This document shows positions 56,296 through 57,091 of a stretch of 57,091 bases of DNA, piece after piece. Source of the stretch: Nemertoderma westbladi (taxonomy: Eukaryota > Animalia > Xenacoelomorpha). The stretch spans positions 1 through 57,091 of the forward strand of contig JAUCBJ010000058.1 of assembly GCA_032718475.1 (NCBI GenBank). Reading direction: 5' to 3'. Both the position numbers and the translations under genes were made by a program. The notes under the pieces are model-generated. The model worked only from the letters and a program-made list of their open reading frames with translations, was not told the DNA's origin and ran no database searches. How positions within the stretch are numbered: the stretch's first letter is position 1; every line of letters begins with the position of its first letter.

Positions 56296-57091
56296 CAAGA
56301 CTCAACTAAAGTCCTTACAATTTTATTATTTTTTCTCATTCAAAAACGCTGGAGAAAAAATACATCTTTTTACAAATTGTGTTTCAAAATTCAAGATTTT
56401 GCACTCTGCTAGAGCAATAATTGCTGGTTTCTATAATTTATGGGTTTGGAGGACTTCATTTCGCAGAATTGCAATAATTACGTCTCAAATGCATCCAAAT
56501 CGTTGTTTTTCTGTAATTTCCCCAATTATAGGAATTGATTAAATGTTTAGTAAGACGTGAGGATATAAGTACTGTACATAAGATATTTATTGATAATGTT
56601 ACCAAGGAAACCGTTTAGAAGACCGTTAGGACTTCTTACTGTAAAAGTATTCACTATCTATGTATGTATCTACTGTATATATCGGTTGAACTCCTCCGAA
56701 GCTATAGCTCGTCCGTCAATGAAAGTTATATTAATCGACGCAGCTCAACCCCAGGATATGGAAAAAAAGTTTTGAAATATATGATTAGTGTCTTTTTGTT
56801 ATTCCGAAAAAATAGCCCCATTACACGAAAATTGCCATAGGACTCAATGATAGAAACACCAGCATTGCTGCTGGTGCTCATGAGGGCCTAATAATGGCAC
56901 AAGTATTGATTGAATGGATATTGGATAGTCCCAAACTGCAGAGAAGTATATTACTTGCCAAAGTATATTAAGTTTAAGTTTAATGTTTCCTCAGAACAAG
57001 CACCCAAAATACAAAAAAAAAACAAAAATGTTATAACAAAGGAACATGGTTTGGCTATAGCAAAGCTAGTGTAGCCTTACCATATTCCTAT

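Overview
Eukaryotic genomic DNA, apparently from an AT-rich invertebrate animal; the species cannot be determined from this window. It holds two protein-coding host genes: a 5-exon SEL1L (ERAD adaptor, minus strand, 32682->7929, 761 aa) and a 2-exon SLC7 L-type amino acid transporter light chain (plus strand, 45089->47115, 536 aa). The most unusual structure is SEL1L intron 2. About 20.6 kb of it is ~440 tandem copies of a 47-bp unit built from the gene's own exon-2 end and 5' splice site. On the sense strand nearly every unit carries a splice donor (AATAG|GTTGGT), an AATAAA created at the unit junction and a downstream GU-rich tract. A 17-bp duplication with the same 47-bp spacing straddles the exon-1 donor. 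The rest is repeat-rich: a 63-bp minisatellite with a lone inverted monomer, a very young Ty3/gypsy element (CG...CG LTR ends, LADD RT motif, no visible TSD), an RTE LINE inserted into a SINE tRNA head with a ~44-bp TSD, a MULE-like element with a 9-bp TSD splitting a CR1-type LINE, and Harbinger, hAT and piggyBac-like derivatives. All coordinates and copy numbers were read by eye, and family assignments rest on recalled motifs rather than database searches.
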